A stretch of 63,293 nucleotides of DNA, filler included, from Conidiobolus incongruus B7586 (Eukaryota): assembly GCA_000697335.1 (NCBI GenBank). It is 12 parts of 12 records of this genome, joined end to end, with 100 filler letters (N's around TTAATTAATTAA, not from the genome) between each part and the next. Parts side by side here need not be neighbours in the genome. Positions count along the whole stretch, not along the records: positions 29,941 to 43,592 come from JNEM01006536.1; positions 43,693 to 45,746 come from JNEM01006539.1; positions 45,847 to 49,572 come from JNEM01006540.1; positions 49,673 to 54,742 come from JNEM01006541.1; 8 more parts are not named here. One strand, written 5' to 3'. The first letter of the stretch is position 1, and the number at the start of each line of letters is the position of its first letter. Position numbers and translations under genes: made by a program. Under the pieces are notes generated by a model. That model did not search any database, was not told the DNA's origin, and worked only from the letters and a program-made list of their open reading frames with translations. Below, in pieces: positions 40,801-54,842 of this stretch.

Positions 40801-43229
40801 TATAACTAAATTATATAAATTGTATATAAATGTAATAATGAGTTTAAAATTTAAAACATGTTTAGGTATTGAATAAAAATGACTAAGGTAGATTGAAATA
40901 TCAAAAATCTCAAGCAAAGTTTTGGCAATTCATATAATCATAATATAGTGTAATATTTGAAATAAGTTTGATAAATAATACGTCGATATTGAAGCTATAT
41001 TGATATAACGAATGCTTTATACATTGTCTTTGATATTTAATTTAATTCAATATATATTTATATTTTCTGGATTGATTATTTAATTATTGAAAAATACTTT
41101 AATATCATATTAATAACCTTATTCATAAGGGCTCTATAAAAAACTTGGTAATTTGTATTTTGATAAAGTTATATAGAAATAGATTATAATCAAGCTTTCA
41201 TCTGTTTAAGGTTATAAGATAATGTAAAATTATGATTTCAAATATTTGATTCCTATTCGATTAAATAATATTAATAAGAGTATTAAAAATAAGATAAACA
41301 AGATACATGCAATATAATTCATAATTATTTTAATATTATTAGGATTATGTTAATACTTCATCCAATATATATATATATATATATATTAAGTTTATCAAAA
41401 ATTTAGAAAATTCAAAATTTTTAAACATGAATTAAAATTAAATTGATTTATTATTAAATTTTGATTCCAATATATCAAAATCAATTATATTACATTCAAT
41501 CTATCTCAAGTGTTGGATTCTTGATCTAGTGAATTCTTTCATTGAATACTTGAACTGTTAATATAATATATTGATAATATGTTATTATTCCTTTATGTCA
41601 ACTGTTTTAAACATGGCATCACTCTGGATATCACTTTCAATATTCTAATTCATTAGATATTATTGTTAATTTCTTAAATCTCGTAATTAGAGTAAATCAA
41701 TGCAAATCAATATTAGCTTCTTTTGCCTAAGAATCGAAATAATAACCTAGAGCTACACTGATAGTATCTTCAAATATTCTTACTAATAGAAAATAAGTTT
41801 TTATACCTAATAAATCATTTCCTATTAGAGTTATATTAGAAATTCAATATATATTAATTATCAAAGTATTGAATAAATAAAAATAGATTTATTACTCAAG
41901 GAAAAACGAATTTTATGAAATTTCGTTGGAAAATTATTGAAACAAAAGTTTATTATACTCTTTATGAATATTAAGAAATATAAATAAATAGACTGTATAA
42001 AATATATTTATAATTTTTATATAGATTTTGTTTTCTATTGAATTTTAATTAAAAATTAAACCTTTAAATTAACTAAAAATAAGTTTTAATAAAATATTAT
42101 TATTTGGACTAACAAATGGAAATACAACTAATCAATAGAATAATTAAATTAATTGATTAAAAATAAAAGAATAAATAAAAAGATATTAATGATAATGTAA
42201 TAAATTAGATTTGGTATATTTTTTGAATGAATATATATTCATCATAGTTTTTTTATTAACAACCAATTATACATTCTTTTTTATTCAAATTTTTAGTATT
42301 AAATAAAATTAATAAATTAAAATATAATAAGAGCTTAAAGTTTAATGTAATTTAATAAAGTTAAGTATTCATTTTTTTAATACATTCGAAATTATTATTT
42401 CAAAAATGTTAATAATATAGATTTATATTTTATTATATATTAATTAATTATATATAATCTATATTTTTTATTATTCAAAGAAAAATATTGCAATTCTAAC
42501 TATATTCGATATCTGTAATACTAAAAATACAAAAATCTTAAGATTTTTTCAAATATTTTATGGTAATATTATATATAGAAAAAATATTTAAATTTTAAGA
42601 TAATAAGAAATATAGTGATAAGTTTAAATATTATTTTCCAATATTATATTGAACATCAAAAATTTTATAAATTTTTTAAAAACAATAAGAACTTATAAAG
42701 TAATAATATATTACAAGATCAATTATAATCTCAAATATTAATAGTTTTTTTTATTTTTAAGTACTTTATGATTTAAAATGATTTAATCGATTGATTTCAA
42801 TAGAAAATAATATAATTGTAAAATTGATTTTATAGACTATATATTAAAAGTTTCTTTTAATATATTTATATAAATTGATATAATATTTTACTAAATTATA
42901 ATAGCTAAGTTAAATTTATAAATTTTGAATTTAATTATATTGATATAATAAATATATTATATATATAGTTTTGCAAGAATAATTTATTAAATTAAAATTA
43001 TATATAATCTTGTTAATGAATCATTCAGATTAATTTAAATAATATATATTAGACTATATAAAAAATATGAAATATTTATTTATAATAGAACCCAATTTGT
43101 TTCATTAATTTTTAGTTGATAAATTAAAGCTTTAATTTATTTAGAATGAATTATAAATTTATAAATTTTAGTTAAAATAAAAAACTAATAGATAGTATTT
43201 TTTATCATTTGTTTTTTAAAATTTTTTAA

Positions 43230-43592
43230 GTTTATATAATTTAAAATTAACTAACTTTATATAATAGGCAAAATTAATATTATTCCAAGCTTATATAAAT
43301 TTTTACCATGGGAAAGGCTTTAATTACTTTTTTGAATTAATTTTAAAATATTAAACCAAGTTAAAATTAAAAAGATTGATAAAGTTATTTTATAATAAAT
43401 ATTTTACTCTTCAAACCATTTGGTAGTCAAAATTTTAATATAATAAAGAATATTATTTTGTTAGAAAATATTATTTAAAATATTTAATATATGTTTTTTA
43501 ATATTTTTTTTTAATTTATTAATAAAGATATATTAATAAATTTTAGTATTAATTATCTTAGAAGTTTTATTAAAATAACTTATATATAAATA
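43230..43592 (-). mobile_element. Old diverged Tc1 transposase fragment
   Basis: GGGAAAGGCTTTAAT...ATTTGGTAGT...TTGTTAGAAAATA aligns with 58330-58495. Confidence 0.6.
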
Positions 43593-43692
43593 NNNNNNNN
43601 NNNNNNNNNNNNNNNNNNNNNNNNNNNNNNNNNNNNTTAATTAATTAANNNNNNNNNNNNNNNNNNNNNNNNNNNNNNNNNNNNNNNNNNNN

Positions 43693-44165
43693 AAGAATAC
43701 CTCAGCCTACCATACCTATTTGCAAAAAATTAGGGAGTGTGTCTCCTCTAAGAGACCCACTGGGGGAGTGTTAAGAGACTAGTTCTCTAAATTCTTATAT
43801 ACACTTTATATAATCCAATTAACTATAAATTATATGATTAATTTATACTTATATAGTTAAATTAATTGTATAAATAGTATTAAATTATCTAATAAACTAG
43901 GTTCCTCTTTTTCCTCTCAATTCTTACTATTTTTACCTTTACACTATTTCTAAGATTGAGACTATATTCTGTCGATATTGTAGGATATTGGCACTACCTA
44001 ATATAAATCTTAATATATCGGTGACTCATCCTAGTTCGAAGCTTAATTAAACTTTGTTTACACTTGCACGCTACAGCCACATTATATTACCACGTTCTGC
44101 GCCACACTACTTTTATATTAAGTCTTCCTCTGCACTATATTGGTTTAACTACCACTATGCTTACA
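43693..44165 (+). mobile_element. 3' end of Ty3/Gypsy chromovirus: PPT (GGGGGAG) plus complete 397-bp LTR 43769-44165
   Basis: TGTTAAGAG...GCTTACA. Matches 45586, 49327, 59875 and the reverse complement of 61569-61968. Confidence 0.92.
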
Positions 44166-45238
44166 AAACTTAACTATAAACCCTTTAAAATCATTTAAAA
44201 TTTACAAGTAGCTTTTAATAATGAAGCATTATCTAAATTAATAATTTATCACTAGGTAAATTATTTTAAAGTTAAAAGAAAAACTATTTAAAACCTATTA
44301 AAATCTAAAAGATTAATTTCAACTATTACTCTTTTAATTATTAATAAAGTAAAAAATTATATTCAAAAATATCTTTTTATTTTAGTTAAAAAATTATCAA
44401 GATACTTTAATATTAGTTATATAAGTATTTTATATATATTAAAGTTTAAATTAAAATTAATTAATAAAAATATAAAATTAATACTTTATAATTTAATTAA
44501 AGCTTAAAAAAGTTAAAATAATTATTATTAAATAAAACTTATTAAAATATTATTAGAAACTTAAACTTTTATAATAAATTATTATAATTAATGAATATTA
44601 AATTCTTTTGTATAATCTTTTATTAAAACATAAATCAAAGTGTTAAATTAAATTAAATCAACTTTTTTTATAAATTTCTTTAAATAAACACTTTGTTGAT
44701 AAACAAATATTAATTATTAAATAGATTATAATAATATATGTTATTTTTATTTAATTCTTAAAGGAAAATTAATTAATAGTAAACTTTATATTTCTTTTTT
44801 AAATAAAATTATTTTCAATAGGTATTCTTTATATAATTTAAGAAAATTTATTATTTTGCATAATAATTGTAAAATACATAAATTTAAAGTTATAAAAAAC
44901 TTTCTAATTAAAAATAACTGAAAAAAACTGCTATATTTAGTATATTCTTTAAATTATAACTTATGTAATTATAATTGTTTGGGGTAATTAAAAAATTAAC
45001 TTGTAAGAAAGAAAATTTCTATAAGAAAATTTAATTAATTTATTAAATATCAAAGTTTAATCTTTAATAAAAAGAATTATTTTTTAAAAATTAAATCTTT
45101 GTTAAAAGTATAACAAAAAGTTATTAAAAATAAATAAAATTATTAATTTTATATTATATATTTATTTTTACTTTTAATATATAAAAATGTTTATTTTTTC
45201 AATCATAAATAATTCCCATTATTTAAATTATAAAATAA
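44166..45238 (+). mobile_element. mariner relic interrupted by the LTR element
   Basis: Co-linear with 20543-21614. Right TIR plus TA at 45239-45240. Confidence 0.87.
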
Positions 45239-45585
45239 TATCATTTAAAAAATGGCAAATTTTTAAATTCTCATTTTCCAATATATTGTTAGTTTTATAT
45301 AATAAGTTATTTATAAAATAAGCTAGAGAATTTAAATTTTCATATTATATATATATATTTTCTTTTATAATTTATTTTTATTTAAAATATTTTAATTTAA
45401 TAATTTAAAATAATATTTAAAAATATTTTGATTAAATTATAATTATCAATAGATTATTATATTAATTACTTTAAAACTTAATTATATATCTTTTAAATTT
45501 ATTGAAAATTTATAAAAATATAATCATAATATTTTATTTTAATTAAAACATTATCTAAATAATTTAACTATAATTTGATTATTAT

Positions 45586-48500
45586 TGTTAAGAGACTAGT
45601 TCTTTAAATTCTTATATATACTTTCATATAATCCAATTAACTATAAATTATATGATTAATTTATACTTATATAATTAAATTAATTGTATAAATAGTATTA
45701 AATTATTTAATAAACTAGGTTCCTCTTTTTTCCTCTCAATTTTATTNNNNNNNNNNNNNNNNNNNNNNNNNNNNNNNNNNNNNNNNNNNNTTAATTAATT
45801 AANNNNNNNNNNNNNNNNNNNNNNNNNNNNNNNNNNNNNNNNNNNNCTTTACCTACTTAAAAAAGTAACTTGATAATTAAATATACTAACAACTTAATAG
45901 AACAAGCATCTGGTATTATATTTAGATATTTATTATTACCCTTTAATTACTCTTAATATATTAAATTCTTAGTTGGTAACATTAGTTATAATTTTATACT
46001 AGGTTAAAATTAGTTTAAATATCACAGTTTTATATCTATAAATATTACTTTAAAAAGTTACAAATTTATTTTTTTCACATTCTAAAAAAAATTAGTGGAA
46101 TTAATTTCAAAAAACCTACATTACCTTATTATAAAATTATTAAATATTATACCTAACACTAACTTTACAATTGTGGCAAATAATTCTATTATTATAAACA
46201 AAAACCAATGTAAAAAACTAATTAAAAACCCTAATAATTTATAAGGATATATATTTATTTATTATTTATCTATTAATACTTTATCTGTTAATTTCAATAA
46301 AGTTATACTTAATAACCACTTTTTATATAATATAAAAAGTTAATTTACTAATGTTTTTGAATCTATAAATAAATTACCTCTTAAATATAATATTAAGTAT
46401 AAAATTAAATTACTCCCTAGTATACAACTATACTTAAAATTTATTTACCATTTATCTCTTGAATAATATTAAACTTTAAAAGAAGAAATCTAAAAACTAC
46501 TTAAAAATAGGTATATTAAACTTTCTTCCTTACTATAAAAATCTTTAATCTTCTTTATAAAAAAAACTAATAGTGGTTAAAAACTATATATTGATAATTA
46601 TGTTTTAAACTCTAAAATTATTAAGGATAAAATTTTATTATTAAACTTATATGATGTTAGGGATAAACTACTTAAATTAACTATATTTACCAAATTAAAT
46701 GTTAAGAATAGATATTACAATATTAGAGTTGAAGAAAATTCTATCCCTTTAACTACTTTCAACACTCTTTTAAGTTACTATAAATTTACTGTTATAAACT
46801 TTAAATTATGTAATACCCTTATAATTTTTACTTAATTCATCAATTCCCTTTTCAACCCTGTTTTTAATAACTTTATTATCACTTACTTTGATAATATCTT
46901 GATTTATTCAAAAACTAAAGAAGAATATATTTAACATGTTAATTAAATCTTACAAATTATTCAAGAACATAAATTACCTTTAAAACTATTAAAATATATC
47001 TTTAGTACCTCTTTTATCTTTTTTTATAGTTATATTATTTCCTTTTAAGGAATTAATATTAATCTAACTAAACTCAATGGTATTAAAGTTTTTATTATAC
47101 CTATAAACAAAAATTAACTTATGTTTATACTTAAATTATTAAATTACTTTAAAGATTTCATTGATTTTTTTATTGAATTTATTACTCCTCTTACTAATCT
47201 TTTGAAGAAAGACTCTTTTTTTAAATAAACCTTACTATATACTTTTTGTATAAATACTTTGATTTTCTATATTACTAATGTTTTTACTTTATCTATCTTT
47301 AATTTAAAACTACTTACTATTATTTTTACTAACTTTAATTTTTTTATAATTAGTAGATAATTAACCTAGTTTGAATTTAATTTATATTTTACTTTATAAC
47401 TATAAGATAAAATAATAAATAAAAGAGAATAGGTTGAGTTTAACTTTATAAATGTTACTTTAAAACTAATAACATTCTGGTTAAGAAAAATAAAACCAGC
47501 TAAATTAAAATACCTAGTCTATAAATAAAAACTCTTTGCTTTAGTAGAAATAATCAAAAATCACTTATATTTTTTATTTTACAACCTTTTTTTAACACTT
47601 ATAGATTATAAATCACTTATCTACTTAAATACTTAGAAACATTTATCAAAAAAATAAATTAAATAGATTAAAACTATCCAAGTTTACTTTTTCTTTATTT
47701 AATATCTTTTAGGTTAATAAAACTATATTATAGATACTTTGTTAAAAAATCTTACATACTTACCTTTTTATTCTAATTATAAAAATCCAGCAAATATTAA
47801 CTTAATGATTATTAATGAAAGAAATAAAAAATTTATTAAACTACTTTAAGAAACATTGTTAAATAATGATTTCTTTATTTTAGTTAAAGAAGAACTTTTT
47901 AAACCATTAGAAAACTAATTAAAATATATCAAAAGATTTAAAATTATCAATAACTTACTATATTATAATAATTGTTTATATATTCTTAACATTCCCAAGA
48001 TTTAACAAACAATATTTAATGAATGCTATAATTTACCTGTTAGAGGATATTAAAACTAGTTAAAAACTACTAAGAGAATTAAAATAAAGTATTACTAACT
48101 TTCCCTAGTTAAATTAGTTTAGAAATACACTAATACTTGTGATATATGCTAAAGAATTAAATATAATACTCAATTAAAATATGGTAAACTTATTCCCTTA
48201 TAAATCTTTAATGAAACTTAATAACAAATCCAACTTAATTTTATACAAATCCTTAAATTAACAAATGGTTATAATAACTTACTAATTGTAATTGATTTAT
48301 TTTCTAAATATGTTTATTTTATTCTTTATTTTAAAACTTCTACAGCTAAAGATATTACATAATTGTTATTCTTTAATATTTTTACTAACTATAAAATTCT
48401 ACAAACTATTATATTTGATAGAGATGTATAATTCAACTCTTGATTCTAGAAGTTACTATCTTTTTCCTTTAAGATTAACCTAGCTATATCTACTATTAAT

Positions 48501-49572
48501 TATTATTAAACCAATAAACTCACTGAAAAAATTATTAAAACCTTAAAGTAAATGATTAAAGCTTATATTAACACTAATTAGTTAAATTAAGATATTTATA
48601 TCTACTAACTCTAATATTTATTTAACACTTTTATTAATAAATCAATAAGTTTTAACTTTTATTTCATTAATTATAATAAATATCTTAATTTAATAATTAC
48701 TCTAAAACTTTAAATTAATTTACCTTTAAATATTGTTGAATTTTAATTTAATATCAAACATATTAATTCCCTTATTAAATTTAACTTAGAAGAAAATTAA
48801 AAGATTATAAAATAATAATACTTAAAGTTATTTAAAAACCCTCTTAAATATAAAACTAGTATGTTTGTATACTTAAAATAATCTGCCTTTAAACTTACCC
48901 TATTTAAATCTAGCTTAAATCCCAAATACTTACTATTATATTATAGTCCCTATAAAATTTAATTTATTAATTCAAATTTTAAAAATATTACTTTAGAATT
49001 ACTTTTAACTTTAAGGATCAACTTTACCTTTTATATATCTAAAATTAAACTATACTTTGAAGATTTTAACACTTTTCCTAATTAATTAAAAACCTTAAAA
49101 CTAGATCTAATTATTAATTAAGACAGAGAAGAAAAATACTATGTTAATTATATAATTAAGTTTAAATCTATTAGGAATAAATTTTATTTTTATGTAAAAT
49201 AGATAGGTTATTTTATTAAAAAAGCTATATAAGAACCTCTAGAAAATATTAAGAATATTTTAGCTTATTATACCTATTTGTAAAAAATTAGGGAGTGTGT
49301 CTCCTTTAAAAAACTTACTAAGGGAGTATTAAGAGACTAATTCTTTAAATTCTTATATATATTTTCATATAATCTAATTAACTATAAATTATATAATTAA
49401 TTTATACTTATATAATTAAATTAATTGTATAAATAGTATTAAATTATTTAATAAACTAGGTTCCTCTTTTTTCCTCTCAATTCTTACTATTTTTTACTTT
49501 TACACTATTTCTAAAATTGAAACTATATTCTATTAATATTGTAGGATATTGGCACTACCTAATATAAATCTT
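45586..49572 (+). mobile_element. Ty3/Gypsy chromovirus: 5' LTR part (45586-45746), dead pol (PR-RT-RH-IN-chromodomain, ~45847-49290), 3' LTR part (49327-49572)
   Basis: Mutated but recognisable motifs: YIKLSSLL*KSLIFFIKK..IDNYVLN (RT start, ~46510-46610), YFDN from YLDD (~46885), ECYN...GY and CDIC (integrase HHCC, ~48020-48150), YVK*IGY...AI*EPLENI (chromodomain, ~49190-49250). The 5' LTR lies across a gap. Confidence 0.92.
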
Positions 49573-52410
49573 NNNNNNNNNNNNNNNNNNNNNNNNNNNN
49601 NNNNNNNNNNNNNNNNTTAATTAATTAANNNNNNNNNNNNNNNNNNNNNNNNNNNNNNNNNNNNNNNNNNNNATTTCAATTATTATATAGTAATTTATTA
49701 AATAATATAATTTATAGGAAATTATACTTTCAATATTTTTAAATATTATTTAAAATATATAATTAACTTTATATTCAATATATAATGGAATTTAGAATTA
49801 TTATATTAAGAAGGCTAATATCCATTGAAAAATATATCTTCAGAATTCATTATAGTGTTGATATATATTGAAATTCTAAATTTAATAATTATATTATGAT
49901 TCTATTACATTTAGTAAATTCTTTGGTCAATTGAATTGATTGCATTATTATAATAATTGGATTAAATAAAATAATAATTTTAATCACTTATGTTATTTAT
50001 ATATATAAAATCAACATATAAAAAGAGTTATATATTAATTCGAGGTCCTTAAAACATTATTAATTATATAGTAGATATATCAATATCTATTACCTACTCT
50101 TTAATAGATATGGAAAATATTCTTTTTTCTATATTCATTTAAATACACTTTTATAATTTATTCAATCTCTGGGATCTTTTCAATTAATTATCAAAAATAG
50201 AAGCAAATTTACTATTACGATATTTTTCATATATAGACTCTTTATTATTTAGTGAGATTACTTTATTATAACTATTAATATTAAGAAGTATATCAAAAAT
50301 TTAATATAAAATAGTTTAAAAATTAGTTGAATTCATGTCTTAAATAGAATAATTTTCTTGAATTTTATGTTATATTATTTAAAATAATTCAAAATAAATA
50401 TATATAGGGAAAATTTACTTCAAAGGTTTAGGTATGTATAAACTCTTCAAATTATATAAAATTATTTAATAAATTCCTAAAGTTATTTTCATTAACCAAT
50501 GAAAAATAATACATATAGCTTCAAAAATTAGACGAATATATAAAACAAAAAGTAATGTAGAGTACCTAAGTATTTATTGTTTCCTTAACACATAATATTA
50601 AATATTCAAAACAATATATTTACGAATTAAAATAATCATCGAATAATATATATATTACATTTTTATGCGTGAGTTAATTGTTTAAATGAATATATCATTA
50701 TATTCATAGGAACATTAAAATTATTTCACAATTTATAAATTGTATAAAATATAAATTCAAAATAATTACCAATCAAAATTTCTCCAAATATTTAAATTCA
50801 AATATCACAAACTATATTAAAATTTTGTCAAATTAACCCAAATTATTAAATAATTTGATAATAATTAAATGAAAATTATGATAATATAATCAATTTATTA
50901 TTTTTTATTATTTTATATTTTTTGGAAATCTTTTCCAATATCTTTATAGAAGATTAAATTATCTAAATGAAAAATATTGAGAAAAATTATGAATTGAAAA
51001 TAAAGGATTTGACAAATTATGTTATATTTATCATAATTAATATATATATTTCAAATTTTTAATAAATTAACATTCTAATAATATACTTTGGAAGAGGTGA
51101 AGCAATTACAGAACCCATGTGCCTCCTAAAATCTTGTAATAAATTGGATGATTTCAAAGACCCTGAAAGTCACTAAAAACACATAAATAATTAAATTGAT
51201 TTCATATTAAGGATATTCTCATTCTCCATTTTGTTTACTTGAAAACGAATTTGATTTCTTGACTATGTAATCTAGCTTTAAGGAGAGATTTAATTTCTGA
51301 CCAAATATCTCAAGATATAGATTCATACTTGTTCAAATATATTATGTTTAATATAGTCCAGTAATTACAAGATATTTATAGATAGCAATTATATTCAACC
51401 TTGACTAAACGTTTTTTGGTATATTGAATTATAGACGCCTCTATGCTTTTATTAATAATTAACAGTTTATTATTTTTAAATCAATGAAAAATTTAAATAA
51501 TAAATAATTGAACATACTAATTAGGAAAAAAAATTGAATCCAAATATTTGAAGATCAAACATTGTACATAAGCCTAATGTTATTCTAGAATTTTAATGTT
51601 TTTCAAAAATAAATCAATGAATATTAAAAATGTTGAATATTTTGAATTTATATTAATAATTTTTATATAAATTACTATACTGATTATAAGATGTTGATAA
51701 TTGATGAGCAAAAAGTAAATTTAAAATATTTGATATAGATTTGAATCTATAACAAATATGGCAAGAACTTAATGAAATAATAATTTGATACAGGTTTTAC
51801 AACTATAAATTAAACCTAATTTAAATTCAAATTTCATAGAACCACGTTTTAAAATTATTATAAATAAATTTTAAGATATAAATTTTGAAAATATGAAAAA
51901 TATTGATAATCTCCAAAATTTGACTACTAAATAGAGGAAAAGAACGTGAAAAACACGTAGGGGAAACTTGGATATGATTGGTAGGACAGAAGGAGGGGAA
52001 GGAGTTCAACTTTTGTCATTTGGTACTACCCCACACTTTAAAATCCAACCTCAACAATATCTTATTTAATGGAAGTTGGAGCATCAACATAATCATTTTT
52101 CTTTCAATTTTTAGATTCTGTGCTTTTATCTTCCTCCTGAATTATTATTATAAAATTTTATAACTGTCAATTGGGTTTGAAAAACTATTTCTACTTATTC
52201 ACCAAATTTTTAAAGCTGTGCTCTCGAAACTGTTCGTGTCATTAATTTGAGTAATATTTTGGGCAACTGATTGAAATTCATATTTCAGGGGGTTACCAAA
52301 TATATTTCCATTATTTACCACGTTCAATTGTTTACCTTTTATTCAATTGTACTTTTATCCCTTCAACATAGAAATTAATTATAGAGTTATACAATATTCG
52401 TTAAAGAGTT

Positions 52411-53221
52411 ATGAGTTATTATATTGAAATGAATATAATCTTGTATTTATTCGGGTTTAATTTGGTTCAAGCTTTACCATTAGTTAAAAGAAATTCTTTG
52501 ACTACTTCGTCAATACCTTGGGTTACAATAGTTATCGGTTTGGTTTCTGGTATTAGTGTCTTAGCACTAGGTTATATCGGCTTTAGAGTGTATAAAAGAT
52601 ATAGACAACCTGTAGGTTTTTGAAATTGTACAATCTAATTAATTACTAATATGGATATTTTTAGCTTCCAACTACAAATCCTTCACCTCATGCAAATGAA
52701 TTATTGAATTCGAAGGTAATATATATTTTCAAAGTTATTATTATAAGTTTTATTAATATTTATTATAGACAAATTCAAAGCCACATCCATTATTTCAGCT
52801 GTTTGGAAGTGTAAGAAGTAACAAAAGTACACCAAACGCTATGGAATCTCAAATTAGTTTAAAAACAATCAACTCTGTATATCCTCTTCCTCAGCAGTCT
52901 ACCAATAATTCATCCACTAACCTGAAATCCAACCAGCATCTGGACAAGCCTAAAATCCAGCATTTACCAACTGATAGCTGGGATCAATACATGTCAATTA
53001 TTAAAAACGATATTAACCATCATTTCGGTCCTCCTCCTCCTCTCAGTCACAGCCGCGACTGCAGCAACGAAAGTACATGTGGACTTCTGAGTCCCAAGGA
53101 TGATGAACTTGGATCGAGCTACCTCAGTAATAAGGCTGGTGAGCTCAGGCGGCGAGCTAGTTGCACTGAAGCACTTAGTCCTCCAAAGCGTTTCGAACGC
53201 GTAGAAATTGACTTTTTGTAA
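52411..53221 (+). CDS. Hypothetical single-pass membrane protein, ~234 aa; exons 52411-52611, 52665-52715, 52769-53221
   Basis: Two 53-bp phase-0 GT-AG introns (TACTAAT branch point in the first) join the 52411 and 52841 ORFs in frame. The product has a signal-like N-terminus, a KR site, a TM helix with a basic stop-transfer, and an S/P-rich tail. Alternative start ATG at 52429. Confidence 0.8.
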
Positions 53222-54842
53222 ATAATAACATTTCACTACGTATCCAACCCAAAATTTCAAATTTGTGCAACGCGAACTACCCCACTGGGTGGGCGAGGTC
53301 GTGTGACCAAATTTTGAGCAAAACTTGATTTCAGAGAATACAAATCGCCAAATCGGGCTTTTGAGTGAGATTCACATATCCATATTGTACTGATTGAAAA
53401 CAAGAGCTTAGAAGTCGAATTAATTCCAAAAACCACATCTAGATATCCAAGACACCTTCATTTCATCACATTGTCAGATTCAAATCCCCATTCGATTCGT
53501 TACACTAAAAGATTTCAGCTGCAGCTGTCAAATCCTCCATACAGAACTTCCACTCTCCTTATTCATCAATTGACCAATAATAACTCGGGTAATTATTCTT
53601 ACTCCTAAATTAACAACATTCGTACTTTGCTCTCTTAACCGCCAAATATAACATTATAGCACTTGAAATAGTTACAGTTATTATTATTTAAAGTTTATAA
53701 TAACTTTATTATACTGACACAAAATGAAAATTATGAATCGACCATTTATATAACAGCAATACTATTAAATTAAATTCCATTGTAAATATAGAATTATACC
53801 AATATTTCTTAATGATTTTTTTAATTTATAAAATCAAATTAATCAAAAACACAAATATAAACATAGAAATAATGGTTATATTATAATCTAATCTATAATT
53901 CATGATAAAATTAGTATTTTGTCAAATTAATTTTGGAATAATATGAATCATTGCTGAAGAAGTTATTTGATATACTAAATTATGAAATCATAAAATATGT
54001 TTATAATTTTTCCAAAGATAAAACATTCAGATCAAAAATACAATATAAGGAAATATTTGAGTGACTATTTTTATGATTTTTTTTTCGAATTTATGTGATC
54101 ATAATAGCAGTATTACTTTTTTTGGAAGGAAAAAACTATCAATTGTGGTTGATATTTTCCAATTTTATATTTTAATCATATTTAAATGGTGATAAAAATT
54201 ATTATGTTAATATATACATTTGAAATATTAATTCTAATATATATCTATTATTAAATTAAAATTAAATTAATATTAATTTCGATATATAAGGCGTAATTCA
54301 ATTAAAATAATTTTTATTTAGAAAAATCTTATGACATTAAGAAAAAATTTATATATTTATTTCCATATTAAGATTTTAAATTTATTAATTTGATACTTTT
54401 GGAGAATAAAAATTTCAAAATATAAATTATAGGAAAATAGTTAGTTATTTTAGTATTGAAAAAATAAATAAACGTTTAATCATTGTAGTACAAAGGTCGA
54501 TTATTACGTCAATATTACACTCTATTTCAATAAAATTAAAATTTTTAAAATTATTAAATTAATTGATATTTCAATTATTGATTTAAATAATTTTCAAAGC
54601 TGAAATAATCTTTAAATTTAGTTATTATTTTAATTTATTTATATTAAAGTAAAACATATAAATCAAAATATTAAATATAAATATTTTACTTAATAAATAA
54701 TACTAGAATAGCAATTATGATCGAAAAAATAAATATTAAAATNNNNNNNNNNNNNNNNNNNNNNNNNNNNNNNNNNNNNNNNNNNNTTAATTAATTAANN
54801 NNNNNNNNNNNNNNNNNNNNNNNNNNNNNNNNNNNNNNNNNN

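Noticed and set aside
45847..49290. Alternative genetic code or stop readthrough explaining TAA/TAG at Trp and Gln positions
   Set aside because: Host genes end normally in TAA or TGA. Homologous TE codons vary between copies (TGG/TAG/TGA at the mariner NNW site), as expected from mutation.
53222..53640. GC-richer stretch after the membrane-protein gene as an ncRNA or extra exon
   Set aside because: No convincing ORF, splice model or RNA motif. Most simply a 3' UTR.
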